The notes under the pieces are model-generated. The model saw nothing but the letters and a program-made list of their open reading frames with translations, had not been told where the DNA came from and searched no databases. Made by a program: the position numbers and the translations under genes. Positions 9,675-19,042 of a DNA stretch of 64,000 bases are shown here, piece by piece. The stretch's first letter is position 1. Every line of letters begins with the position of its first letter. This DNA comes from Planctomycetota bacterium (GTDB lineage Bacteria; Planctomycetota; PLA2; JAEUHO01): the NCBI GenBank assembly GCA_965223505.1, contig CBDCWP010000030.1:1-64000 (forward strand), in the 5' to 3' direction.

Positions 9675-10640
9675 ATGGCGGACGAATCGACGCGGGACGC
9701 GGCCGGCAGCTTTCGCGGCCGTAGCGTTGTTTCCGCCGACGACCTCAGCAAGGGCGACATCGTCACGGTCCTGGACGCGGCCACCGAGTTCGAGCGGTTC
9801 GCCGCGGACGGCGTCTGGACCCCCATCGAGCCGCTGCTTCCGGGCCGCGTACTGGGCGCGCTGTTCTTCGAGCCCTCCACGCGCACGCGGCTCTCGTTCG
9901 AGAGCGCCATGCTGCGGCTCGGGGGCTCGACGCTGGGTTTCGCGGAGCCCAAGAGCTCGTCCTTCAGCAAGGGCGAGACGCTGCGCGACACGATCCAGGT
10001 CGTCTCGGGCTACTGCGACGCCATCGTCCTGCGGCACCCGCAGGAGGGCGCGGCACGCTTGGCCGCCGAAGTGTCCAACATCCCGGTGATCAACGGCGGC
10101 GACGGCAGCAACCAGCATCCGACGCAGACGCTGCTCGACCTCTACACGATTCGCAAGGCCATGGGCCGTCTCGACGATCTCAAGGTCGGCTTCATGGGCG
10201 ACCTGCGCTACGGGCGAACGGTGCACAGTCTCTCCGAGGCGCTGCTGCGGTTCGACGTGCAGCTGAAGTTCATCGGCCCTCCGAGCCTGCGTGTCCCGGA
10301 CGACCTGCGGCGCGAGATCGACGAGGCCGGGCGGCTGGCGGCGGAGGTCGACACGCTCGAAGAGGCGGGCGACCTGGACGTGCTGTACATCACGCGCATC
10401 CAGAAGGAGCGCTTCCCGGACCCGATCGAGTACGACCGCGTCCGCCACGCGTACCGCGTCGATCGCGACGCGCTCCAGCAGTTCGGATCGGATCTGAAGA
10501 TCCTGCATCCGTTGCCGCGGGTGAACGAGGTGGCGCCGGACGTGGACGACCTGCCCGGCGCGCTCTACTTCCAGCAGACGCGCAACGGCGTGATCGTGCG
10601 GATGGCGCTGCTGCATCTCATCCTGGGATCCGACGCATGA
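9675..10640 (+). CDS. pyrB: Aspartate carbamoyltransferase catalytic subunit
   Basis: FFEPSTRTRLSFE, HPTQTLLD, GDLRYGRTVHS, TRIQKER, HPLPR; AGGAG before ATG 9675. Confidence 0.97.
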   Translation: MADESTRDAAGSFRGRSVVSADDLSKGDIVTVLDAATEFERFAADGVWTPIEPLLPGRVLGALFFEPSTRTRLSFESAMLRLGGSTLGFAEPKSSSFSKGETLRDTIQVVSGYCDAIVLRHPQEGAARLAAEVSNIPVINGGDGSNQHPTQTLLDLYTIRKAMGRLDDLKVGFMGDLRYGRTVHSLSEALLRFDVQLKFIGPPSLRVPDDLRREIDEAGRLAAEVDTLEEAGDLDVLYITRIQKERFPDPIEYDRVRHAYRVDRDALQQFGSDLKILHPLPRVNEVAPDVDDLPGALYFQQTRNGVIVRMALLHLILGSDA

Positions 10641-11071
10641 CGGCGCCGCGCGACTTCAAGCTCACCCACGGGACCGTGATCGACCACATGCCGGTGGGGA
10701 CGGCCATCCGCGCATTGGAGCTCTTGGGGCTGCCGCGCGAGGGACCGGTCACGGTGGGCATCAACGTCCCGAGCAAGCGGTCGGGAAACAAGGACATCGT
10801 GCGCATCGAGGGTATGGAGCTGGAGAAGTCGGAGCTGAACCGGCTGGCGTTGCTGGGGCCGGATCTGACGGTGAGCATCGTCAAGGACGGCGAGGTCGCG
10901 GGGAAGACGGAGCTGGAGGTGCCGCAGCGGTTGCTGGGCATCCTGACGTGCTCGAACTCGACGTGCATCACGCACAGCGAGGAGATCCAGACGGTCTTCC
11001 TGCGAATCGGGGACTTCCCGTACCGCTTCAAGTGCGGGTACTGCGAACGCATGCGGTCGGTTGACGGCTAG
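10637..11071 (+). CDS. pyrI: Aspartate carbamoyltransferase regulatory subunit
   Basis: GTVIDH, KDIVRIEG, Zn ligands CSNSTCIT and CGYCE; ATGA overlap with pyrB. Confidence 0.95.
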   Translation: MTAPRDFKLTHGTVIDHMPVGTAIRALELLGLPREGPVTVGINVPSKRSGNKDIVRIEGMELEKSELNRLALLGPDLTVSIVKDGEVAGKTELEVPQRLLGILTCSNSTCITHSEEIQTVFLRIGDFPYRFKCGYCERMRSVDG

Positions 11072-11102
11072 CGTTCACCGCCTCGCGGTCCGGGGTGTCG
11101 TG

Positions 11103-11126
11103 CACGATCACGTTCACGTGCACGTG
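11103..11126. repeat. Short tandem hexamer repeat (CACGNN)x4
   Basis: cacgat cacgtt cacgtg cacgtg immediately before the REP doublet. Confidence 0.65.
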
Positions 11127-11136
11127 ACGATTCCCG

Positions 11137-11213
11137 GTAGGGGCAGCCCTTGTGGCTGCCCAACCCGGGACGCCAGGACACGCCCAATTGGGCGACCACG
11201 AGGTCGCCCCTAC
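11137..11213. repeat. Inverted doublet of GTAG-type REP-like palindromes (BIME/REPIN-like)
   Basis: GTAG-GGGCAGCC-cttgt-GGCTGCCC (11137-11161) and GGGCGACC-acga-GGTCGCCC-CTAC (11190-11213). Confidence 0.85.
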
Positions 11214-14200
11214 AAACGCGCGCCCTTCCGGTACGCCCCCACGCCCAGCACGACGAACGCGCCGAGGATCAACACCAGGACCGCGATCCGGCCCGGCACC
11301 GAGATCGACGCGTCGCTCGCCTCGATCGTGATCGGCGCGCCGGCGCGGACGCTGCGGAAGTAGTACACCTTGCCGATCTTCGGCAACGGCACGTCCACGC
11401 CCATGAGGCCGACCTTGCCCTTCACGTCGTCCGCGGTCGTGCTGTGCCCGGCACCGCCACCGCCCGCGGCGGTCACATCCCAAGCGGAGTGCATCTCGCG
11501 GGATCCTCCGTCACCGCCGCCGGCAACACCCTCTCCACCTCCGCCGCCGATGTCGACCGGGTCATACGCGATGCCGCGATCCGGCATGCCCATGGCCGTC
11601 AGACCCAAGTTCGCGAGGGGGTTGCCGCGCACCGTCGGCCCGCCCTCGAGCAAGCCCGCGAACGAGCTGTTGTACGTCGACGTGTAGTCGAGCAGCTGGT
11701 CCGCCAGCTGCTGATGCTTGACGTTCTCGCCTTCGGCGCCGAACAGCATCTGTCCCTGGCCGAGCGCCGGCCGCCCTTCCTGCGCCACCTTCAGCCGCTC
11801 CACGAGCTGCGCGTTCGAGTCCAATGAGCGCGTCATGGCCGCCAGGGCAGTCGTCGCCCGCGACAGCCGGTCTTCTTCGCGCTGCGCATCGGGCGCCGTG
11901 CCGCGCTGTCGCGCAAGCGCCTGGCCGGCGCCGAGCTGGCCGTTGCGGGCCTGCTCTTCCGCGAGACGGCGATTGAGCTCCTTGAAGTTGGCCGCGTCGT
12001 ACCCCGCGGCATGTCGCTTCGCCGCCCGGATCTCGACGGCCTTCGTCTTGCCCACGTCGCCCTTCTGCTGCAGCTGCTTCGACTCCTGGTCCACACGAAT
12101 CGACTGCTCCAGCTTGCGGGCTTCGGCCTGATAGCGCGTCTTGAGCTCGCTCTCGATCTCGTTCTTGAGCGACAGGATGTCCTTGTTCGCCTTGCCCTTC
12201 TCGGGCGCGGCGTCGTTGAAGCGCCAGGCCCCGGCGTTCTTCGAGCCTTCGAACACGTTCTCCAGCGACCCGCCGGGCTCCGGCAGGTCGTTCGACACTT
12301 CGTCGAGCTGGATGAGGTTCGCGGCGTTCCCCCCGAACTCCTCTTGCAGCGGATTCACGCGCGACACGTCCGTGTTCGCGGAGATGAAGTCGACCGCGCA
12401 CCGGTTCTGCTCCTTGGCCCACTCCTGCTTGAGTTGGGCGATGTCGCGACCGAGTGTGATCGCCTCCTTGCCGTCGCCGGCCATCGCGTTCAGACGCTCC
12501 GCCTCCTGCAGCAGTACGTTCGCGTTCGTGCACGAGAAAAAGCGCTGCTCGAGCGTGCCCTTCTGTGCCACCTCGAGGAGCTTGCGCGTCTCGCGCAGCG
12601 CCACCTCGGCGAGGTCGGCGGCGACGTCGGCCTGCGCGGTGCGGCTCATCGTCGTGTCGAACTCGTACTCGTAGCCTTCCGGGACGTAGAGACGCACGAC
12701 CGTGCGGTCCACCTCGACCTGCTCTTCGACCTCGGGCAGCAGGATCTCCAGCGAGTCCCCTTCGTCGAGGTCGGCGCCGGCGCGCACGCGATACGTCACC
12801 GAGACCTGGTAGCCCGTCCCGCCCAGCGGAACCTTCGGCACGGGAATCAGGACGGTTCCGCCCGCGCCCGCCAGCGGCTTGATCGCCTTCCCCGCGGCCG
12901 TCCCGCCGTACAGGCGCGCGCCCTCCGGCAGTTTCAAGCGCAGGAACTGTCGTGAGCGGTTGAAGATGCGGTAGCTGACACGCATGCGCGCGTAGCCGTC
13001 GAGCCCGAGCACGACATCGGCAACCGACGCGAGGACGACGGCGGCCGCCTGTTCCTCGATCGAGAGACGCTCCGCCGTCACGCTCAGCACGTACGGCTTG
13101 CGCCCGACGAACTGATCCACGACGGCCTCCTGGCTGAGGCCGCGCGGGACGAACGGCAGGTCCGCCCACTCGGCCTTCTCCAGATCGCCCGCGAGCGGAC
13201 GCCGTACGACGCGTCCGTCGAGGAACGTCCGAACGAGCGAGAACCAGCGCGTCTCCCCCACCTGCTCGGGCTGCACGACACGTACCGCGCGGTCGGCCGC
13301 CCAGACCTGCGACACGGTGACCTCGATCAGGCCGTTGTGCCGCGACTGCAGCACGATGTCGTAGAGCGTGCCGGCCACGTCCTGGCCGTCGGCGCCGCGG
13401 CGCGTCACGACCTCCTCGCTGATCTCGCGCAGATCGCGAACGCGAATGACGTTGTTGACCTCGTGTCCCCCGTCCGGCAGGAAGAGCCGCAGCCGGTCGG
13501 TGGATCCGCGCGTGACGCGGAAGAGCACGAGGTGCTCGATGCGGTGCTCCTCGTCGCCGGGCGCGATCATCGAGACGACGACCGCCTCGCGCTCGAGGTC
13601 CGGCGTGCGCAGCACGACCGGCAGCGCGCCCGTCAGCGAGCGCTCCCAGGTGAACACGTGCGCGGCAGTGGCGCCGTCGACGTGCGGCGCGGCGCCGTTG
13701 TTGCGGCGAAGCGCCACCGACTTGAGGCCGGGCAGGGCGCCCGGTGACGGCTCGACGTCCGGCAGCGTGTAGAGCGTGAGCACGCCGCGGTCGCGCTGCG
13801 CGCCCACGAGCGACCAGCGCGGCACCGCGATCCCGTCGCGACGGCCGCCGAGGCGACGCTCCAGGAACACACGCACGGCGAGATCGCCGGCGCGCATATC
13901 GGTGTAGCGCACGAACAGGCGACGCTCGTCGCCTTCGCCCTGCAGCCACCATGTCGCCATGCCGCGGCTCTCGACGTCGCGCACCTCGTCGTCGCCGGGC
14001 AAGGCGAACTCGAGATGACCGATCTGGGTGCGATCCACGTGGACCGCGCCGTCCATGCGCGTGCGCACGCGGTCGTCGCCGAAGACGACCGCCAGCGTGG
14101 AGCTCAGCTCCATGCGCGGCTCGACGCGGCGAATCTGCAACGACAGGGACGCCGGACGCGCCGCGAAGGTCCACGCACCGACGACACGGCCGAGGCGGTC

Positions 14201-17200
14201 CGGGCCCGTCGACTGCTGATCGCGCGGACGGCCGGTGCGATGTACGCCGTTCTCGGCTTCGATGTCCACACGCGCCGTCGGCTCGGCGTTCACGACGACG
14301 ATGCCCCGCTCCCCGGTGGCGCCGGTGAGCATGGGGCCGACCAGCGTCTCGGTCCGCTCCGCCGCTTCGGACGCGCGGAACGTGCGTACGACCAGCGGGA
14401 CCGCACCCGTCGCGGGCTGCTGGAACACGAGCCGCAGCCGGTTCGGGTCGGCGACCGTCGTCTCCCAACGCACGACGTTGCGGCCTTTGGCCTCCAGCAC
14501 CCGGACGTCGTCGGGCATGCGCAGGTCCACGAACGGGGCCTTTCCTTGCAGCACGTGGACGATCATCCGCGTCACCGTCTCGGTGCCGTCGTTGCGCAGG
14601 CTGTGGACCGTGCGCGACTCGGCGCGGGTCACGACCGACGTCGGCAGCTCGTCCGCGCGGGGGTCGCGCAGGAAGACGTTCACGCGGCTCGCGCGGCCGA
14701 GATAGGCACGCGCGACGTAGCCCGTGTCGTCGTCCGCCTCGCCGAGCGTGGCGATGCGCCCGGCGCCCGACACCGACAGGTCGCCCTCGAAGTCGGCGTC
14801 GAGCACGTCGAGCGTGGCGCCGCCGAAGGACGGTACCTGGAAGCTGAACGCGCGGCCGTTCGGCTGGCGGGCCACGGGGACGCGGCACGCGAGCTCGAGG
14901 GTGTGGTCGCCCTGCGCTTCGAGGGGGACGAGATACAGGCCGTTCTCGAGCAGCAGCCGCACGGGCTCGCCGTCCAGCGACGCGGACGTGATCGCGAACC
15001 CGCCGAGCAGCATTCGCGCCACCTTCAGTCCTTCACCGCGCTTGGCGAAGCGCATGACGACGGTGCCCGTGGCCATCTGCTCGTCGACGGTGAAGCGGTA
15101 GCGCGCGTCGACCAGCGTGATGTAGCGACCGAGCGCGACGACGTCGGGGTCCTTCTCCGGATGCGCGGCCTTGTGCAGGCGCAGGTACGCCTCGAGCGGC
15201 AGGAAGACGCGGTCTTGGTCGTCGATCTCGCCGGGCTTGGCGGGGTCGTACGGAATGTAGACCTTGTCGGGGCCCTTGGCGTTCGGCACCGGCGGGCGCG
15301 GCTCGTCGGCGGAGACACTCGACGCCGTCGCCGTCAGCAGCGCGACACAGAGCATCGCCGCCGCGGGCGCCTTCACGCGCGTCATCCACGTGGCGATGGC
15401 GCGCAACGCGTAGAACGCGAACAGCGCCGTCGCGGCGTCGGCGAGCGCGCACACCAGCGTCGAGCCGCTCGAACCGAACATGAGCTGCACGGCGACGGCA
15501 AGCGCGATCGCCGCGGTCAGGAACAACGCCTTGCGCGCGCGGCTGCCCATCCCGAAGGCGATGCCCCCCGCGATGAACAGCAACACGAGCGCGGCGTAGC
15601 CGTGATTCGTCGAGGAGCGCTCCTCGAGCTCGATCGTCATCGTCCCGCCGGTGCCCATGCGCTGCGCGACCACCGTGTTGGGCGACAGCAAGACGGGAAC
15701 GTCGAGCGACAGCAGGCCCTTGCGCCGCGCGCCGGGGCTCTTCGGGCGGCCGGGCTGGGCGCCGAAGGGTGAGATGTCGCCTTCGCCGGACGGCCGTCCG
15801 CCCGCGCCCGCGCCCGCACGCATGGGGGCGCGCGGGTTCGGCAACGGCCCCTGGTTCGCCGCCGCCGCTTCGTCGCCGGGCGCCGGGTCGCCGGCGATCG
15901 GGGGACCGCCGCCGCCGTCTTCCCCGGCCGCCGCCGGGAAGTCCTCGCTCGGCATGTCCGACAAGCCCGGACTCGACTCGGGCTCCGGCGGCGCCACCGT
16001 GTTCGCCGGCGTCGTGGCGTCATCCATCTCCGGATGCGACTTCTTGCCGCCGATCACGCCGCGGATCTTGTCGCCGTCTTCGCCGGCCACGCGGCCCGAA
16101 CTTCGACGTCGAATGTCCTGGTAGCCGTCGCTTTCGGCACCCGATCCGGCGTGCGGGGCCTTCATGTGAGTCCGGGCTTGAATGAGCGCGGCGTCTTCCA
16201 TGATCACCGCCTCGACGTCGTAGTCGGCTCGAAACGATGCGCTCGGCGCCGACCACGTGTCAGGCTTGAAGACGCCCAGCAGGCTCGCCACCCACGGCGC
16301 GCGCGCGGGCGGCGCCTCGAGCGCGTGCTCGGTGAAATTGCCGCGCACGCCCTCGATCCGGAAGTTCGGCTCGAGCGCGACCTGCATGGACGTGTGCAGC
16401 ACCTCGAGGTTCGGAAACGTCGGCCCCGGCACGTCCACGCTTCCGGAGATGGCCTCGCCGAGGTTCGTCTCGTACGTGAGCGACGCCAAGGTGCGCGCGT
16501 TCTTGCTGCGCGCCGTCGGGATCGGGATCATGAGCGTGCCGTCGCCGCGGGTCAGCGGCTTCACGGGCTTGCCGTCGACGACGGCGCCGATGAGATCGCT
16601 TTGCGGCGGCAGCCGCACGTCGAGGAACTGACGGTCGACGTTGAACAAGACGACGTTGGCGCGTGTACGCAGCACGCCCTCGGTCGCCACGGCGGTGTGC
16701 AGCTCCACGCTCGTCGCGATCGCGTTGAGCACCGCTGCGCCGTCGTGCTTGGCGACGGACAGTGACAGCCCGTCGGCGCCGTCGGCCAGACGCAGCACCT
16801 CGAGCACCTGGAGCGGGTCGAGCGCGGCCTCCGCGGGAAGATCGGTCACGTCGAGCGTGCGCAGTCCCGGCCCCTCGGTGTTCGCGCGCACCTCGAGCCC
16901 GTCGGCGCGACGCACCACGAGCATGCGCTCCGAGCGCTCGAGCGGAACGCGCACGCCGACGGGGTGGTCGGCCGCGATCGTCCAGTCGTCCTCGGTCTGG
17001 TCCTCGTAGTACAGGACGCGCATCGTGTGCCGCCCGATCACGCGCTGCTTGAGGTCGACCTGCCAGCGCGTGTAGCCGGCCGGGACGTCGGCGGGCGCGC
17101 GATCGCCGGAGAGCGGATGGCTGGCCCGCAGCAGCGGCGTGACGAACTGGACGTCGTCCTGGGTCCACGCCGGCACGTCGACCAGGAGGCTGCGCACGCC

Positions 17201-19042
17201 GGCGCGCCGGATCTGGTGCACGACGACCGCTTCGGCCTGCAGCCGGCGGGGCGTCGGCACGAGCGCGGTCACGACATCGGCCTCGAGCACGGGCGTGTGC
17301 CGCTTGACGTCGAGCGTCAACGCGGGCGACGCACCGTCGAGTCGGTAGCCGTACAGCAGACCCGCCGCCGAAATGCCGCGCGCGGTCAGCTCGCCCGCAC
17401 CGACCGAGACGAGGTCGGCGTGCCCCTTCTCGACGACCTGGAACGCGGCGTCCGCGCCGATGGCGACCAGGCCCTCTTCCCGACCCGCGCCGGACGACGG
17501 CACGGGCAGCGAGACGGCGATGCTCGCGTCCTCGGGCACCCAGTCGGCGCGCGCCTGTTCGAACGTCGCCGCCAATGCGATCTCGCGCCCCGCGGGGACG
17601 CCGTTCGCGAGGCGGATCTCGAGCGTACCGTCGGCGCGCAGATCGTGGGCGAACCCGTCCTTGCGACCGTCGATCGTCAGGTCGCGAAGCTCGTAGCCCG
17701 TCGGGTACTTCGCGCTGAGCGAGAACACGGTGCCTTCCATGACACGATAGGTGGTGGTCGCGAGCAGCGTCTTCGCGGCTTCCGCGAGGTTGAGGTAGTA
17801 GGTGCTGACCGCGTCGAGGCGCAACGCGCCCGGCTCGAGGTTGAGCGCGAGCCGCGCGTCGGCGCCGGACAGCGCGTACCGGAAGATCGTCCCGTCGCGT
17901 TCGTCCTTCCGCGGCGCGACACGATGACCGCCTTCCACGACGACGTCGCGCGCGTTCACGTCCGGCGACACGCGCAGCGCGACCTGCGCGCGGTGCCGAA
18001 CGGCGTCCTGCACCGTCACGCGCGGGATCTCGATGCCCGGTCCGGCGGCGTAGCGCCGTTCGCCTCGAAGCTTCAGCTCGAGCCGGCCCAAGCGCGGCTT
18101 GTCCAGATCGACGACGACGCGCTGCCGGTCGTCACTGCGCCGGAAGCCCGTCACGCTGTTGCCGCCGAGGTCGTGGACGTTGAAGTCCTCGGGCACGCGC
18201 AACGTGAGCGCGTCGACCGCCGTGCGGAACACGTCCACCTGCACGATGACGTCGGCGTGGAGGATGCCGTCCTTCGGGCCGAACACCCCGTGGGTCTGCG
18301 TATCGAGGATCGGCGGACCGTCCACACCCTTGGCCGCGGGCGCGAACGCGAGGCGCAGCCGTCCTTGGCGGCCCGGGCGAACGCGCACGACCTTCGGGCG
18401 GCTGCCTTCGGTCTGCACGGTCACCGGCGGCCCTTCGCCGGCGATGAACCCTTCGACGCCGGGCGGGAAGGTGACCGCCAACGCCATGGCCGAAGCCGGC
18501 GGCACGACGACGTCCAGGAAGCGGCCCTCGCCCTTGCGCGCGTACGTCGCGCTCGCCGTGACCGTGACGTCGCGCGATCCGGGACCGTCGAAGCGAATCC
18601 GCGGACGGCCCTTGAACTCCTCGTAGCGACCGCCCGAGGCGCCCTCGCGGCCGGCGATCTCGATGGACTCGAGCGCGATGCCCCGCAGCGGGAATCCGAC
18701 GGAGCGCGGGCCGTCGGCCAACACGGTGGCGGCGTAGCGAAGCGAGAGGCGCGCGGCCTTCTCGGCGGTGAGGTCCATCGAACCTTCCGCCGAAACGAGG
18801 GCGCCGTCCACGGGCGGCTCGGCCGCGAGCCTCTTCGCGCGCGCTTGCGCGGCGTCGAGCAGGCGCCGGTACTCGGCGTAGTTGAGCACGACGCCCTTGC
18901 GATCGGCCTTGAGCAGGACGTCGAGCTCCCCCACCGGAACGTGGACGAGCTCGGACGGCTCGTTCTCCTCGTCGGCGAACGTCGGCGCGCCAAAGGCCGC
19001 GACGGCCGCGCACGCGAGCCATGCGAAGCGGCGGGCGATCAC
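11210..19042 (-). CDS. Giant membrane-anchored hypothetical protein, 2610 aa, two homologous modules
   Basis: GTG 19042 after GGAGG, overlapping the upstream stop (GTGA); signal peptide ..APTFA-DE; central bundle of hydrophobic helices; C-terminal TM; internal duplication of motifs. Confidence 0.85.
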   Translation of the reverse strand: MIARRFAWLACAAVAAFGAPTFADEENEPSELVHVPVGELDVLLKADRKGVVLNYAEYRRLLDAAQARAKRLAAEPPVDGALVSAEGSMDLTAEKAARLSLRYAATVLADGPRSVGFPLRGIALESIEIAGREGASGGRYEEFKGRPRIRFDGPGSRDVTVTASATYARKGEGRFLDVVVPPASAMALAVTFPPGVEGFIAGEGPPVTVQTEGSRPKVVRVRPGRQGRLRLAFAPAAKGVDGPPILDTQTHGVFGPKDGILHADVIVQVDVFRTAVDALTLRVPEDFNVHDLGGNSVTGFRRSDDRQRVVVDLDKPRLGRLELKLRGERRYAAGPGIEIPRVTVQDAVRHRAQVALRVSPDVNARDVVVEGGHRVAPRKDERDGTIFRYALSGADARLALNLEPGALRLDAVSTYYLNLAEAAKTLLATTTYRVMEGTVFSLSAKYPTGYELRDLTIDGRKDGFAHDLRADGTLEIRLANGVPAGREIALAATFEQARADWVPEDASIAVSLPVPSSGAGREEGLVAIGADAAFQVVEKGHADLVSVGAGELTARGISAAGLLYGYRLDGASPALTLDVKRHTPVLEADVVTALVPTPRRLQAEAVVVHQIRRAGVRSLLVDVPAWTQDDVQFVTPLLRASHPLSGDRAPADVPAGYTRWQVDLKQRVIGRHTMRVLYYEDQTEDDWTIAADHPVGVRVPLERSERMLVVRRADGLEVRANTEGPGLRTLDVTDLPAEAALDPLQVLEVLRLADGADGLSLSVAKHDGAAVLNAIATSVELHTAVATEGVLRTRANVVLFNVDRQFLDVRLPPQSDLIGAVVDGKPVKPLTRGDGTLMIPIPTARSKNARTLASLTYETNLGEAISGSVDVPGPTFPNLEVLHTSMQVALEPNFRIEGVRGNFTEHALEAPPARAPWVASLLGVFKPDTWSAPSASFRADYDVEAVIMEDAALIQARTHMKAPHAGSGAESDGYQDIRRRSSGRVAGEDGDKIRGVIGGKKSHPEMDDATTPANTVAPPEPESSPGLSDMPSEDFPAAAGEDGGGGPPIAGDPAPGDEAAAANQGPLPNPRAPMRAGAGAGGRPSGEGDISPFGAQPGRPKSPGARRKGLLSLDVPVLLSPNTVVAQRMGTGGTMTIELEERSSTNHGYAALVLLFIAGGIAFGMGSRARKALFLTAAIALAVAVQLMFGSSGSTLVCALADAATALFAFYALRAIATWMTRVKAPAAAMLCVALLTATASSVSADEPRPPVPNAKGPDKVYIPYDPAKPGEIDDQDRVFLPLEAYLRLHKAAHPEKDPDVVALGRYITLVDARYRFTVDEQMATGTVVMRFAKRGEGLKVARMLLGGFAITSASLDGEPVRLLLENGLYLVPLEAQGDHTLELACRVPVARQPNGRAFSFQVPSFGGATLDVLDADFEGDLSVSGAGRIATLGEADDDTGYVARAYLGRASRVNVFLRDPRADELPTSVVTRAESRTVHSLRNDGTETVTRMIVHVLQGKAPFVDLRMPDDVRVLEAKGRNVVRWETTVADPNRLRLVFQQPATGAVPLVVRTFRASEAAERTETLVGPMLTGATGERGIVVVNAEPTARVDIEAENGVHRTGRPRDQQSTGPDRLGRVVGAWTFAARPASLSLQIRRVEPRMELSSTLAVVFGDDRVRTRMDGAVHVDRTQIGHLEFALPGDDEVRDVESRGMATWWLQGEGDERRLFVRYTDMRAGDLAVRVFLERRLGGRRDGIAVPRWSLVGAQRDRGVLTLYTLPDVEPSPGALPGLKSVALRRNNGAAPHVDGATAAHVFTWERSLTGALPVVLRTPDLEREAVVVSMIAPGDEEHRIEHLVLFRVTRGSTDRLRLFLPDGGHEVNNVIRVRDLREISEEVVTRRGADGQDVAGTLYDIVLQSRHNGLIEVTVSQVWAADRAVRVVQPEQVGETRWFSLVRTFLDGRVVRRPLAGDLEKAEWADLPFVPRGLSQEAVVDQFVGRKPYVLSVTAERLSIEEQAAAVVLASVADVVLGLDGYARMRVSYRIFNRSRQFLRLKLPEGARLYGGTAAGKAIKPLAGAGGTVLIPVPKVPLGGTGYQVSVTYRVRAGADLDEGDSLEILLPEVEEQVEVDRTVVRLYVPEGYEYEFDTTMSRTAQADVAADLAEVALRETRKLLEVAQKGTLEQRFFSCTNANVLLQEAERLNAMAGDGKEAITLGRDIAQLKQEWAKEQNRCAVDFISANTDVSRVNPLQEEFGGNAANLIQLDEVSNDLPEPGGSLENVFEGSKNAGAWRFNDAAPEKGKANKDILSLKNEIESELKTRYQAEARKLEQSIRVDQESKQLQQKGDVGKTKAVEIRAAKRHAAGYDAANFKELNRRLAEEQARNGQLGAGQALARQRGTAPDAQREEDRLSRATTALAAMTRSLDSNAQLVERLKVAQEGRPALGQGQMLFGAEGENVKHQQLADQLLDYTSTYNSSFAGLLEGGPTVRGNPLANLGLTAMGMPDRGIAYDPVDIGGGGGEGVAGGGDGGSREMHSAWDVTAAGGGGAGHSTTADDVKGKVGLMGVDVPLPKIGKVYYFRSVRAGAPITIEASDASISVPGRIAVLVLILGAFVVLGVGAYRKGARL

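Noticed and set aside
7389..11213. CRISPR array or IS ends suggested by the palindromes
   Set aside because: Only two units per site with variable stems, no regular spacers, and no cas or transposase gene in the window.
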